A stretch of 64,000 nt of DNA from an uncultured Brevinematales bacterium (GCA_964428015.1 CAYRWR010000019.1:503-64502), one strand, 5' to 3'; positions 1 through 10,904 are shown, counted from the first letter of the stretch. Notes: a model not told the origin generated them from the sequence alone. Numbers and translations are program-made.

Positions 1-210
1 TTAATCATGGCCATCGATCAAGAGGGTAAGCTTCGATTATTAACCCGACTCATGAGCGCGGCAGGGGATCAATCTGCTATTGTCAATCAAGCCCGCATGG
101 GTTCTTCTTATTATGATTTCAGGGTTGTAATTACTCCTGATATGTCAATATTTGAAGTATGGAACAGTACCAAAGGTGTGGGTGTGGGTAAATTTGAGGT
201 ACGAAAATAG
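1..210 (+). CDS. 3-prime end of an unidentified CDS entering from the left window edge
   Basis: Frame 1 is open from nt 1 to TAG 208-210. No recognisable motif. It could alternatively start at ATG 7. Confidence 0.3.
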   Translation, partial: LIMAIDQEGKLRLLTRLMSAAGDQSAIVNQARMGSSYYDFRVVITPDMSIFEVWNSTKGVGVGKFEVRK

Positions 211-389
211 ATAATATTACACATCTTCGTAAATTGAAATATTTTATTTGACCAAGGGTCGATTACAAAAAAGAAATCGCACAGCATAAGCCCCTCAGCG
301 CCCTCAGTGTCTCAGTGGTGAATTAAGGACGACAATCTCAGTATATCCAGTAAATGTCGTCACCCATCCCCCCCCAGTACCACAGTATC

Positions 390-418
390 TTGTACAATCC
401 CGGGCTCTATGCTAGTAT
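390..418 (+). promoter_or_regulatory. candidate sigma-70 promoter TTGTAC-17-TAGTAT
   Basis: The -35-like TTGTAC at 390-395 and the -10-like TAGTAT at 413-418 have a 17-nt spacer and lie about 30 nt upstream of the 451 start. Confidence 0.35.
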
Positions 419-450
419 TAGTCTTACTTAACTTACACAAGGAGGACCGC

Positions 451-981
451 ATGAAGAAACTGCTGGTTTTGCTGTTGCTGACCCTACCCCTGGCCGGCCG
501 GGCCAAGGAAATGAGTCAGATAGATGCCCGCTATATCGTGTTTGACCTGAGCTTTGAGGGTCCGGCGGGTATGGACAAGACCGATATAAGTGCCCACCCC
601 GGTGAGATTTTTGAATTCACGCTGCTGACCGGGACCGCGCCCGATGACAGCGTCATCCATGTCGATTTTTATCTCTTTCCGGCCACAGCGCTTAAGGACC
701 TGGGCGGCATTAAAGGACTGATGCAGTACGGCAAGTCCACCATCCTGGCTACTGTGAAACCGGCCGCTCAATATATCAAACGGAAGATTTTGGGTAAAAG
801 GGTAAAGGGAGAAATCCTCAATATTAAAATCCCTGTGCCTTCTTATGCCGAAGCTTATGTCATTCCCGTCCCGGGCAGTAAACAGTTTTTATTTCTGGGC
901 ATCAAAGCCGAAGAAGGCGCTCCCCAGATAGTAACGGAAGACCTCATCCGGCAGATCACATCCACTCTAAAAAAACCATAA
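451..981 (+). CDS. secreted hypothetical protein
   Basis: An AAGGAGG RBS at 440-446 precedes ATG 451. The N-terminus MKKLLVLLLLTLPLAGRA is a signal peptide. No family motif recognised. Confidence 0.6.
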   Translation: MKKLLVLLLLTLPLAGRAKEMSQIDARYIVFDLSFEGPAGMDKTDISAHPGEIFEFTLLTGTAPDDSVIHVDFYLFPATALKDLGGIKGLMQYGKSTILATVKPAAQYIKRKILGKRVKGEILNIKIPVPSYAEAYVIPVPGSKQFLFLGIKAEEGAPQIVTEDLIRQITSTLKKP

Positions 982-991
982 ACTACAACCA

Positions 992-1033
992 GCCAAAAAG
1001 GGGGCAAACCATTTTGGCTTGCCCCCTTTTTTT
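992..1033. terminator. bidirectional rho-independent terminator between convergent genes
   Basis: The stem GGGGGCAA...TTGCCCCC is flanked by an A-run on the left and a T-run on the right. Confidence 0.75.
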
Positions 1034-1041
1034 AGATATTA

Positions 1042-1725
1042 TTATTCTGCGGTTTTCTGAGCTTTCCTTCTTTTTAGAAACAGGAACAAACCCAGTCCCA
1101 AAAGAATCAAACCCAGGCCATATATTGTGTAGATGGTGATGAGGGCAGTGGGTTCACGGCCTTCTTCCAATACCAGGATATCATCCAGGTCGACATCGGG
1201 CCAGGAAGCCTGGATCAGTTTTTTTTCATCCTGGTCCAGAGGCTCCAGTTTATTGATCACCAGGCCTGAGACCTTGTCTTCTTTGACCCAGTTCGGACTG
1301 ATATCTCCCAGGGTCTTAAAACGGGTGGTCTTGACCAGCACCCGGAAGTCCCGCAGTACCGGGTATTCCGATTCAGGGGTGGTATCTTCTTTACCGGATT
1401 CCACCAGCTTTTGCATGGCCAGGAGATAGGGATGGTGTAAACTGATAATGGGGTAGTATTCCTCTATCAGGTCGGTATGGGGGCCGGGGTCTTTCATCCC
1501 GATTTTCTTCTGATTGTAGCTGTATATGGTATAGGGATAGAGAGCAATATGCTCCCCTATGCGGATGTTATAATTGCTCAGCTCGGCTCCCTGTTCCAGG
1601 GCGGCCAGATCCACCGATACCGGATGGGAGGAGCGGAGGAAGATGCGGTGTTCCTGTATCATTCCCAGAACACAGAGCAGGCCGGCGAGCATGAGTATGA
1701 GGGGCATCCGCAGTTTATTTTTCAT
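1042..1725 (-). CDS. bitopic membrane protein, tandem paralog 2 (N- and C-terminal TM helices)
   Basis: Hydrophobic N-terminus PLILMLAGLLCVLGM, C-terminal TM ALITIYTIYGLGLILLGLGLFLFL and a basic tail. It aligns along its whole length with the upstream gene. Confidence 0.65.
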   Translation of the reverse strand: MKNKLRMPLILMLAGLLCVLGMIQEHRIFLRSSHPVSVDLAALEQGAELSNYNIRIGEHIALYPYTIYSYNQKKIGMKDPGPHTDLIEEYYPIISLHHPYLLAMQKLVESGKEDTTPESEYPVLRDFRVLVKTTRFKTLGDISPNWVKEDKVSGLVINKLEPLDQDEKKLIQASWPDVDLDDILVLEEGREPTALITIYTIYGLGLILLGLGLFLFLKRRKAQKTAE

Positions 1726-1738
1726 AATAATCCCCGCC

Positions 1739-2437
1739 TCAGGCTTTGGTCTCGGTCTTTCCGCCCGCCAGTGAGATCAGGAAGAAGAGCAGGAACACTA
1801 CTACCATGACTATTCCGCCGCCGATCATCAGCCAAACCATTCCCATACTTTTGGGTTTACGGCCCTGCTCCAGGATGAGCACATGCTCCACATCCAGTGC
1901 AGGCCAGGTCTCCTGTATCAGGCGGAGTTCTTCTCCGGAGAGTTTGTCTATTTCATTGATGACCAGGCCCTGTACGTTGCTGACTTCTTCCCAGTAGACA
2001 GGGAGATCACCCAGGGTAGCGTACTGACTGGTCTTGAGCAGGACTTTAAAGTCCCTGAAGGGAGGCCATTCATCTTCAGGAATGGTATCTTCCTCGCCGC
2101 TGTATTTCTTTTGCAGGGCTTTGATGCCCTGATAATAGGGGTGGTCCCTGGAAATCAAGGGTACCAGAGCGAAATCCAGCTTGGTGGAATCTGTGGGTTC
2201 TTTGTGGGAGTATTTACTGGTGTTGTACTGATAGATACTGTAAGGGAAAAGTGCCCAGTGATCACCGATAACAATATGGGCATTGGACAGGGCCTGGCCC
2301 TGCTCCAGCGCGCTCAGTTCCACCCGCTGAGGTACGGACTGGGACAACCCGGCCAGCTTTTTTTCCTGGAAGCCGTGAAATACCAGCATTCCTCCCAGTA
2401 CGATGAGTACCAGCAGCATTTTCTGCAAAAAGGTCAT
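1739..2437 (-). CDS. bitopic membrane protein, tandem paralog 1
   Basis: Same architecture as 1042-1725. Shared motifs include LSALEQG, ALFPYSIYQYN, HPYY, FRDFKVLLKT and GLVINE. GGAG lies 6 nt upstream of ATG 2437; ATG 2443 is an alternative start. Confidence 0.65.
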   Translation of the reverse strand: MTFLQKMLLVLIVLGGMLVFHGFQEKKLAGLSQSVPQRVELSALEQGQALSNAHIVIGDHWALFPYSIYQYNTSKYSHKEPTDSTKLDFALVPLISRDHPYYQGIKALQKKYSGEEDTIPEDEWPPFRDFKVLLKTSQYATLGDLPVYWEEVSNVQGLVINEIDKLSGEELRLIQETWPALDVEHVLILEQGRKPKSMGMVWLMIGGGIVMVVVFLLFFLISLAGGKTETKA

Positions 2438-2517
2438 AGACATCTCCGAAAAAATAAGATTTAGAAGTATTATAATCCGGTTATAATCAAAAATTCAAAT
2501 ATCTGGTATAAATTTAA

Positions 2518-3921
<1,404 letters not shown>

Positions 3922-3941
3922 ACCTCTATTTTCAATTCAAG

Positions 3942-3970
3942 CGGGAACGTTTCGGCGTTCCCGTTTTTTT
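3942..3970 (+). terminator. rho-independent terminator after eno
   Basis: The hairpin CGGGAACG-loop-CGTTCCCG is followed by T7. Confidence 0.8.
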
Positions 3971-5305
3971 ATGTTGGCAATCCCTGTGGATTGTGATATA
4001 ATCATCCAAAGAGTGAGTTCAGGGAGTTGTGTATTGAAGCAGTCATCAAAGGATTCCATTCCTACGGCAAAAAGACTGGAAAGAGAATTCAGGTTCAAGG
4101 ATTTCTGGAGCGGATTGCTGCAGACAGCTTTATTCCTTATTATGCTGGGAGTGACTGTATATCTTTGTCTGCAGGCCAGGCCGGTTTACTTCCTGGGTTT
4201 ATTCCTTAGTTTAATAATTTATCATTTGTTATTCTTTCTCCAGATGAAGAAAGTGATGGATCTGGGACAATGCAGGATCAGCCGGGCAGGGGAGGAAGAT
4301 CTGGGAAATTTCAACCGGGATGAACTCAGGCGGATCCTGGCTGAACTGACCACTGGCAAAAAAAGGGTGCCGGAATTTTTTCTGGCCAAAAAAGATGCCC
4401 CTACCTTCTCTGTCAGGATCAATTTGCCTTTTACAATCTGGTCACTCAATGCTGTCTATATTTCCCCGGATATATTGAAAATAATGAACCGGGATGAATT
4501 AAAAGCCGTTCTGGCTCATGAACTGGGACACTTTTACTACTGGAACTGGAATAACAGCCGGCACCAGTGGCTGTGGTTTATGACCCAGGCGTTCATGACT
4601 GCAGTACTGTTTCTGACCCGGGATTTCAGACTGATCCTGTTTGGCAGTATGATAATCTGGATGCTGATGACTTTTCTATTCAGTCTGCTTTCACCCCGGG
4701 ACAGCAGGACCGGGGAATACCTGGCTGACCTGTACGCGGCTGAGCAGGTTGGTATTCTCCCTGTCATCAATAGTTTTTTGGCTATGGGTACCTGGGAAGA
4801 AAAACGTGAAGCAGTCATGAGAGAAATACTTCATTTTGCGGAAAAAGAAGAAAATCTGGACATGCAGTCCATCCCCGGGCTCATGGAACAAGTCTTGAAA
4901 AAAGTGAGTGATAAGTCAGTGCTGACTCCTCAGGAAATAAGTGATATAATAGCAGCGGAAAAGAGTGCCGGAAGAGTAACTTATCAGGATGTTCAGAGTT
5001 CGCCTCTGCAAAACACCTCCAAAAAAGACATGATCCATGAACAGTTGAAATTAATCAGCACCCCCCGCTCAACCCAAAGCCATATCAATTGGGCTCGTTT
5101 TGACACTTTTCTTCCCAATCAAAGAATCGAAGCCCAGGAATACCCGGCATTTATTCAAACTCTTCAGGAAGAACCTGAAAAGATGCTGGTAGGAGCGGTG
5201 ATGGATAATGCCTCATCTCCACTCAACCAGGATCACCCCAGTTTGAGACAGAGGATACTCTTTCTGCATCAGGTTTTTTCAGAATCCGGGAAACCGGTCC
5301 GTTGA
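3971..5305 (+). CDS. M48-family (HtpX-like) membrane zinc metallopeptidase
   Basis: HELGH zinc motif with several TM helices on either side. The long ORF from 3725 overlaps eno, so the start is placed at the first ATG after the eno terminator. Start uncertain; TTG 4034 is possible. Confidence 0.7.
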   Translation: MLAIPVDCDIIIQRVSSGSCVLKQSSKDSIPTAKRLEREFRFKDFWSGLLQTALFLIMLGVTVYLCLQARPVYFLGLFLSLIIYHLLFFLQMKKVMDLGQCRISRAGEEDLGNFNRDELRRILAELTTGKKRVPEFFLAKKDAPTFSVRINLPFTIWSLNAVYISPDILKIMNRDELKAVLAHELGHFYYWNWNNSRHQWLWFMTQAFMTAVLFLTRDFRLILFGSMIIWMLMTFLFSLLSPRDSRTGEYLADLYAAEQVGILPVINSFLAMGTWEEKREAVMREILHFAEKEENLDMQSIPGLMEQVLKKVSDKSVLTPQEISDIIAAEKSAGRVTYQDVQSSPLQNTSKKDMIHEQLKLISTPRSTQSHINWARFDTFLPNQRIEAQEYPAFIQTLQEEPEKMLVGAVMDNASSPLNQDHPSLRQRILFLHQVFSESGKPVR

Positions 5306-5413
5306 TAGCGGGTTTCATAATTTAAATTTTTTGGGCAGGACTTTTCCAGGGTATATTCAGCTATATATATCAATCCTTTAGTTTTGTTTCATTTCTATAA
5401 AAAAAAATTGCAT

Positions 5414-5433
5414 TGTCATGGAAAATCATGACA
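5414..5433. promoter_or_regulatory. perfect inverted repeat TGTCATG-N6-CATGACA (candidate operator)
   Basis: The 7-bp arms lie 9 nt upstream of the -35 box of the 5501 gene. Confidence 0.35.
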
Positions 5434-5441
5434 GAATCAGG

Positions 5442-5470
5442 TTGAAATCACGTGACATTAATACTATACT
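5442..5470 (+). promoter_or_regulatory. candidate sigma-70 promoter TTGAAA-17-TATACT
   Basis: TTGAAA at 5442-5447 and TATACT at 5465-5470 lie about 30 nt upstream of ATG 5501. Confidence 0.45.
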
Positions 5471-5500
5471 TCCTGCAATATCAAAAAACAGGAGTACAGG

Positions 5501-6499
5501 ATGAGCAAAAATTTGAGAAAAGTTCTGGTTTTATTAGTGATGTTGATGCTTTCAGGTGGGGCATTGTCTGCCCTGAAACTGCCCGGAAACGTGTCTCTGG
5601 ATCTGGGAAAAAATAATAAAAAGTCTGAAACCAAAGACAATAAAGCAGATACTAAAAAAGTAGAGATGTTCCAGAAACATAAGCAGACTATACTAACTGC
5701 TCATGATTACCTCAAAGATTTCTATAATATCCAGAGTGACAGTCTGGTACTGGAAAAAGTAGATGAAGCCCTTAAGGTGATAGAGGTAGCAGAAAGCGCT
5801 GTTCAGGAATTAAGCGATACCATCGGCGGAAGTCTGGGAAATTATGATAACGTCAATGATGAGACCAAGGAGCTTAATTTTGGAAGTAAAGCCAGCCGGG
5901 TCAGCAGTTATGTGAATATGTCCAAAGAACGCATCGCTAAATTAAAGATTAATCTACTGAGTATTATAAAGGGTAGAACCACATTCCTGGAGGGCAGCAA
6001 ATCCGTAGAAAAAGCAGCTCGTTGGTATGAAGAGATCCGGCACAATTTTGAGGTACTGGACAGGATTGCCCCAAATGATGTAAAAGTTGCGGAGTATAAA
6101 ACTGAATTTCAGCCTCGCGCTTATGCCGCCTACAAAAAAGCCATGGAATTCCTGGAAGATTCCCGTATGGAATCTGAAAAGTATAGCAGCAGTGACGCTG
6201 ATTCTCTGAGAAATGAACTGGCCGGAATCTACACCGCTAAATATAAAAACAAAATCGCCCGGATTGTAATATCAGTGCCGGCCTGGGTGTACAGACAGGA
6301 GATCGTTTTCGGTAATGACTCCCTGTGGCTGGAGGATAATTACTATATTGCTGCAGCTGTGGCCATTGATGATGGCAAGACTGCCATGGTCTATTCCGTC
6401 AATTTTAAAAAGACCAAAGGCGAAAAGGGTTTTGGACCCATCCAGGTAGTGGGTGTGGGCGGAGGATACCCTGTACTTTCCAAATATCTGAACAAGTAA
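5501..6499 (+). CDS. secreted hypothetical protein
   Basis: A GGAG RBS precedes the start and the signal peptide is VLVLLVMLMLSGGALSA. The N-terminal half is predicted helical and Lys-rich. No family recognised. Confidence 0.6.
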   Translation: MSKNLRKVLVLLVMLMLSGGALSALKLPGNVSLDLGKNNKKSETKDNKADTKKVEMFQKHKQTILTAHDYLKDFYNIQSDSLVLEKVDEALKVIEVAESAVQELSDTIGGSLGNYDNVNDETKELNFGSKASRVSSYVNMSKERIAKLKINLLSIIKGRTTFLEGSKSVEKAARWYEEIRHNFEVLDRIAPNDVKVAEYKTEFQPRAYAAYKKAMEFLEDSRMESEKYSSSDADSLRNELAGIYTAKYKNKIARIVISVPAWVYRQEIVFGNDSLWLEDNYYIAAAVAIDDGKTAMVYSVNFKKTKGEKGFGPIQVVGVGGGYPVLSKYLNK

Positions 6500-6510
6500 G
6501 TATAACATTA

Positions 6511-6546
6511 ACCCCGGGTGATGACATTACCCGGGGTGTTTTTTTA
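6511..6546. terminator. rho-independent terminator between convergent genes
   Basis: The hairpin ACCCCGGGT-loop-ACCCGGGGT is followed by a T-run. Confidence 0.8.
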
Positions 6547-6570
6547 TCAGTAGAAATAGTCAATTATCCA

Positions 6571-7041
6571 TTACTCATGCAGATCCACCCCAAAAACTTT
6601 TAAAGACATTTGTAAGGACAACTTTTCCTCCCGGCTGAATTCCCAGGGCCATTCCAGGCATTGTTCATCAGGTGTGGCACGGCTTTTCAAGAGAAAACAG
6701 CGCTCACGGGCACGTCCCTGTACATTGAGGCGGGAATATTTTCGAAGTTCCAGTTCAACGGTGATAGTCCCGCTGGTATAATACAAAATCCCCTGACTGT
6801 CGATTTCCAGGTGGTGTAGCTTTCCCAGACTGCGGGCACGGCTGTTGAGCAGAAAGATGTTTAAGGCTGGTATAAGAAAACTGACCACGGAAATAAGCAG
6901 GAATTCCTGGAAATGTTTTCCTAAGGTGAAATACCGGAACAGTCCCACAGGAAGCAGCAGGGCGGGGACAGCCCAGCCCAGTCGGGAAAAGATATCAGGC
7001 GGGCGTGCTGACATTGAGAATACAATAGTCTTTTTAGACAT
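6571..7041 (-). CDS. hypothetical two-TM membrane protein
   Basis: A strong GGGAGG RBS precedes ATG 7041 (MSKKTIVF). Two hydrophobic helices are followed by a soluble C-terminal domain. Confidence 0.55.
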   Translation of the reverse strand: MSKKTIVFSMSARPPDIFSRLGWAVPALLLPVGLFRYFTLGKHFQEFLLISVVSFLIPALNIFLLNSRARSLGKLHHLEIDSQGILYYTSGTITVELELRKYSRLNVQGRARERCFLLKSRATPDEQCLEWPWEFSREEKLSLQMSLKVFGVDLHE

Positions 7042-7216
7042 TTTTCCTCCCTTCTTTATGGTAGCATAGACCTTAAAAAATGCCAATTGTTTAGAATACA
7101 TTTAAGGCGGCTTGCATGAAATAGTGCAAGAATCAGCGGATTTATGAAAGGGCTTCCGGTGAAAAAAAGAATTATTTCATACTCAGTTATGCACATAAGT
7201 CACATAGGTCAATGAA

Positions 7217-7232
7217 TGGCACATTAATTGCA
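7217..7232 (+). promoter_or_regulatory. sigma-54 promoter P1 (TGGCACattaaTTGCA)
   Basis: Exact match to the RpoN -24/-12 consensus TGGCAC-N5-TTGCW, 209 nt upstream of ATG 7441. Confidence 0.75.
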
Positions 7233-7440
7233 TATTCTTGTGCAAGCGATTCCAGTCTCTTTCCAGGATGGAAGACGCGAAGATAAAAAATTATTTTTGA
7301 ATGAAGAATGGGTTATGGTGATGTACTTCTTTGGGGCCGTTCGGGCTCTCCCATTCCTTTCATTCATCCACTTTGCATCATTGGCTGATCTTACAATTTT
7401 TCAATCGAGGGTCGATTAAAAAATAGGAAAGGAGAGTGTT

Positions 7441-7938
7441 ATGAAAAAAGGAAGAGTGTTTTCTGTTCTGGTGGTTTTGATGGTTATCTGTGTCAGCAGC
7501 CTGTCTGCTCTGACCATCTTTGATGATGACTTTGATCAGTCATCCAGTACTGTCCCGGGTTGGAAGAGAAGTTCCACCACCTATATCACCCGTTATACCG
7601 GTACCTACAAAATCGGTACAGCAGCTATGCAAATCCGCAAAAACTACAATGCCGTCACCTATCTCAATGTAGCGCCTTTTAAGAGCATGACCCTGCAGTT
7701 CAAGATGGCCGCCTATTCCCTGGAAGCTGGTGAATACATCCGCTGTCAGTACAATATCAATGGTACCTGGGTCACCGCGGCTACTCTGGCAGATGGTGCC
7801 GACAATGGTACCTATAAAAGCTATTCCGTGACCATACCGACGGGAAATGTACTGCAGATCAAGTTTTACATGGTCGGCTCTGCTACTGACGACTATGGCT
7901 ATGTGGATAATGTGATCCTGACCGGCGTCCGCAAATAG
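7441..7938 (+). CDS. small secreted beta-sandwich/CBM-like protein, amylase-associated family, copy 1
   Basis: Signal peptide followed by a mature domain of about 140 aa, IFDDDFDQS...GWK...DDYGYVDNVILTG. It is paralogous to 11069-11560 and 19402-19899 and ends 11 nt before the GH13 gene. Confidence 0.8.
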   Translation: MKKGRVFSVLVVLMVICVSSLSALTIFDDDFDQSSSTVPGWKRSSTTYITRYTGTYKIGTAAMQIRKNYNAVTYLNVAPFKSMTLQFKMAAYSLEAGEYIRCQYNINGTWVTAATLADGADNGTYKSYSVTIPTGNVLQIKFYMVGSATDDYGYVDNVILTGVRK

Positions 7939-7949
7939 AGGGGGCCGGT

Positions 7950-10646
7950 ATGAAAAGAATAAGAGGTTTGTTGTATAGCCTGTTACTGCTTCTGGCTGCA
8001 GGTCAGCTGTTTGCGGTACGGACCGTGGTATTCATGTACAAGGTTACTGTAACAGGGCAGGATATCTTTATCAAAGGCGGACACGACGCCGGGCTGGTAC
8101 CGGGAGTCTATCCATCCATGAGTGAACCCATAACCTATAAAAACACCAAGAATACTACTACCGCTGCTATCAAAGCCAATGATGCCTCTCTGGACTGGGG
8201 TAGTGAGTCTGCCCTGGACTGGACTACTTCCAGCTGGAATCCCACCTGGGGCACCAAGCGCACCTACGCGGTAGACGGCTATGGTGAAGACCCTGAAAAT
8301 ACTTTGGGTGACCATTGGTGGAAGTTTGATGTGGATATGCTGGGCAATACCGGCGACTGGTTTGAATTCAAAGCCTTTATGCGACAGGGGACCAGCGAAT
8401 CCTGGGAAAATAATATCGCGCAGGCGGGTACCCCCTACAGCACTATCAACCACTGGGGCAAAAAGGGATATATCACTAAAGTCCGCTTTGGCGAAGCCTG
8501 GGTAGAGTATCAGACCCTGGGTACAGTGGCTAACCGGGCACCGGTGGCTAATTTTACGGCCAGCCCCTCCACAGCCAATCTCAACCAGGCTATTACTTTT
8601 GATGCCTCGTCATCCAGCGACCCGGATGGTGATGCCCTGCAGTACCAGTGGGATTGGGATAATAACGGCACCTATGATACCAGTTATTCTTCTACCAAGA
8701 CTGCATCTCACAGCTGGACCACAACCGGTACCAAGACCATTAAACTGCAAGTCAAGGATCCTGCAGGACTTACTTCCACTAAGACCCTCAGTGTGAATAT
8801 TATAAGTACCACAGCGTCCTATGACTTTCGTGAAGAAACTATCTACTTTGTGATGACTACCCGTTTTTACGACGGGGACCCCAACAATAATGTACACTGC
8901 TGGGATGATGCCCAGGCAGGCAACCCGGACAGTGACCCGGCCTGGAGAGGAGATTTTGAAGGCCTCATCCAGAAACTCGACTATATCAAAGCCCTGGGAT
9001 TCTCAGCTATCTGGATCACACCGGTAGTACAGAATGCCAGCGGGTATGACTACCATGGCTACCATGCCATAAACTTTAAAAAAGTTGATCCGCGGTATAA
9101 GACCACATCTGATGCCAGTGCCGAAGTTTCTTTCCAGAGACTGATCAATGCCGCACATGCCAAGGGTATCAAAATCATCCAGGATATTGTACTGAACCAT
9201 TCCGGGAACTTCGGGGAAGAAAACCTCTATCCCCTGTTTAAAAAAGATCCCACCAAGCCCGATACCGCGGCTAACATGATCCGCATCGATGGCGGTAAAC
9301 TCCCTGCCAATTACAGTACCCTGACACCCGGCCAGCAGTACAGTGCCCGTATCGATGCCATGAAGACAGATTCTATTGATACCGGGTTTATTTACCACCA
9401 TGAGAAGAGCCTGAGCTGGGAAAGCTATACCGTGGAGACGGGCCAGATCGCAGGTGACTGTGTGGACCTCAATACCGAGAATCCTACCGTGAAGACTTAT
9501 CTGGTGGATGCGTACAACAAGTATATCGATATGGGAGTGGATTCCTTCCGTATTGATACAGTCAAGCATATCAGCCGACTGACTTTTAACAAATACTATA
9601 TCCCCGCGTATATCAGCCGGGGAGGCAGTGATTTCTATATCTTTGGTGAAATAGCCAGCCGCTACCGCCAGGTGTGGAATAACGGGATACCGGCGATTTC
9701 CTGCCCCTTCTATACCTGGAAGGAAGAAAAATCCTACACCTGGGGGACCAGGGTGCAGAATGAAGCTGCTACCGCCCAGCACTGGAATGACAATCTGACA
9801 GTCAATAATGAACAATCCACCGATAATCATTATCTGTACGGCAATGATTATCATGTCCCCAACTGGAGTCAGCGCAGCGGTCTGGATGTCATAGACTTTC
9901 CCATGCACTGGAATTTCAACAATGCCTGGGATGCCTTCGGGATAGCAAAAAATGATGACCATTTTTATGCCGATGCTACCTTTAATGTGACTTATGTAGA
10001 CAGCCATGACTATGCTCCGGACGGCGCTCCGGAAAATCAGCGATTTGCCGGCAGCCAGTCCACCTGGGCTGAAAATCTGAGCCTCATGTTCACATTCAGA
10101 GGTATTCCTTGTCTCTACTATGGATCAGAGATTGAATTCCAGAAAGGTAAACCTATTGATGTGGGTCCCAATGCGCCTCTCTCTACTACCGGACGCGCCT
10201 ATTTTGGCGATAAGATCACCGGTACTGTGGTGGCCAGCGGCTTTGGTACCTACAGCTCCGCCAGCGGGAATGTCAAAACAACTCTGGACTATCCCCTGGC
10301 TCAGCATATCCGCAGGCTGAATATGTTCCGCAGAGCTATTCCTGCCCTGCAGAAAGGACAATATTCCGTGTCTGATATTTCCGGTTCCGGAATGGCCTAC
10401 AAACGCCGCTACACTATGGGCAGCGTGGATAGCTTTGCTCTCATAACGGTATCCGGTAGCGCTACCTTCTATAATATACCGAACGGAACCTACAAAGACG
10501 CGGTCACCGGTCAGGTTATTACCGTGAGTAATGGCAGTCTTACCGCTAATTGTTCCGGTAAGGGTAACGTTCGTATCTTTGTATTGGATCTGCCGGGAAA
10601 TCCAGCCCCGGGTAAGATTGGAAATACTACCTCTTATCTGTACTGA
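7950..10646 (+). CDS. secreted multidomain GH13 alpha-amylase (module X, PKD, GH13 catalytic domain)
   Basis: GH13 regions DIVLNHSG, GVDSFRIDTVKHI, FGEIAS and YVDSHDY. PKD-like segment FDASSSSDPDGDALQYQWDWDNNG. Signal peptide ends AAGQLFA. Confidence 0.92.
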   Translation: MKRIRGLLYSLLLLLAAGQLFAVRTVVFMYKVTVTGQDIFIKGGHDAGLVPGVYPSMSEPITYKNTKNTTTAAIKANDASLDWGSESALDWTTSSWNPTWGTKRTYAVDGYGEDPENTLGDHWWKFDVDMLGNTGDWFEFKAFMRQGTSESWENNIAQAGTPYSTINHWGKKGYITKVRFGEAWVEYQTLGTVANRAPVANFTASPSTANLNQAITFDASSSSDPDGDALQYQWDWDNNGTYDTSYSSTKTASHSWTTTGTKTIKLQVKDPAGLTSTKTLSVNIISTTASYDFREETIYFVMTTRFYDGDPNNNVHCWDDAQAGNPDSDPAWRGDFEGLIQKLDYIKALGFSAIWITPVVQNASGYDYHGYHAINFKKVDPRYKTTSDASAEVSFQRLINAAHAKGIKIIQDIVLNHSGNFGEENLYPLFKKDPTKPDTAANMIRIDGGKLPANYSTLTPGQQYSARIDAMKTDSIDTGFIYHHEKSLSWESYTVETGQIAGDCVDLNTENPTVKTYLVDAYNKYIDMGVDSFRIDTVKHISRLTFNKYYIPAYISRGGSDFYIFGEIASRYRQVWNNGIPAISCPFYTWKEEKSYTWGTRVQNEAATAQHWNDNLTVNNEQSTDNHYLYGNDYHVPNWSQRSGLDVIDFPMHWNFNNAWDAFGIAKNDDHFYADATFNVTYVDSHDYAPDGAPENQRFAGSQSTWAENLSLMFTFRGIPCLYYGSEIEFQKGKPIDVGPNAPLSTTGRAYFGDKITGTVVASGFGTYSSASGNVKTTLDYPLAQHIRRLNMFRRAIPALQKGQYSVSDISGSGMAYKRRYTMGSVDSFALITVSGSATFYNIPNGTYKDAVTGQVITVSNGSLTANCSGKGNVRIFVLDLPGNPAPGKIGNTTSYLY
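8016..8519 (+). other. module X (about 168 aa, unassigned conserved module), N-terminal copy in amylase 1
   Basis: VRTVVFMYKVTVTGQDIFIKGGHDAGLVP...HWWKFDVDMLGNTGDWFEFKAF...INHWGKKGYITKV. Boundaries approximate. Confidence 0.7.
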
Positions 10647-10669
10647 TTAAAACTGAACACCCACTATGC

Positions 10670-10706
10670 GGGGGTCCGGAGCTTAGGCTTCGGGCCCCTT
10701 TTTTTA
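10670..10706 (+). terminator. rho-independent terminator after amylase 1
   Basis: The hairpin GGGGTCCG-loop-CGGGCCCC is followed by T7. Confidence 0.75.
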
Positions 10707-10867
10707 TAATCTCCGCGGCTCAAAAAATAGCAGAAATGCACATATGCACAAGGCATGCGCGATGCATTTTGTATATGCACAGAATTGCAAGGAAAACCAG
10801 CACAACCACAGGATATAAAAATTATAATTGTATTTCTGATATAGATATAAAAAATACCCTGTGTGAT

Positions 10868-10883
10868 TGGCACGTTAATTGCA
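10868..10883 (+). promoter_or_regulatory. sigma-54 promoter P2 (TGGCACgttaaTTGCA)
   Basis: Exact RpoN -24/-12 consensus, 186 nt upstream of ATG 11069. Confidence 0.8.
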
Positions 10884-10890
10884 ATTATAC

Positions 10891-10904
10891 TGTAAGTGCT
10901 TACA
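10891..10904. promoter_or_regulatory. 14-bp palindrome TGTAAGTGCTTACA (LacI/cre-like operator candidate)
   Basis: It starts exactly 7 nt after the -12 TTGCA and spans the expected transcription start. Confidence 0.55.

Noticed and set aside
255-265. Shared 11-mer AGGGTCGATTA at 255-265 and 7408-7418.
   Set aside because: Thousands of chance 11-mer pairs are expected in 2 x 64 kb. There is no extended similarity around the match.
291-320. Three short direct repeats of CTCAG(C/T)G.
   Set aside because: They are very short and imperfect, and they have no association with a gene start or known site. Likely chance.
9003-10007. Long antisense ORFs inside the GH13 and alpha-2-macroglobulin genes (9003-10007, 13461-14030, 21852-22760, 23584-24888, 42247-43554 and similar).
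   Set aside because: Each lies opposite a CDS with clear family motifs. Their translations show no motifs and have biased composition. They are shadow ORFs.
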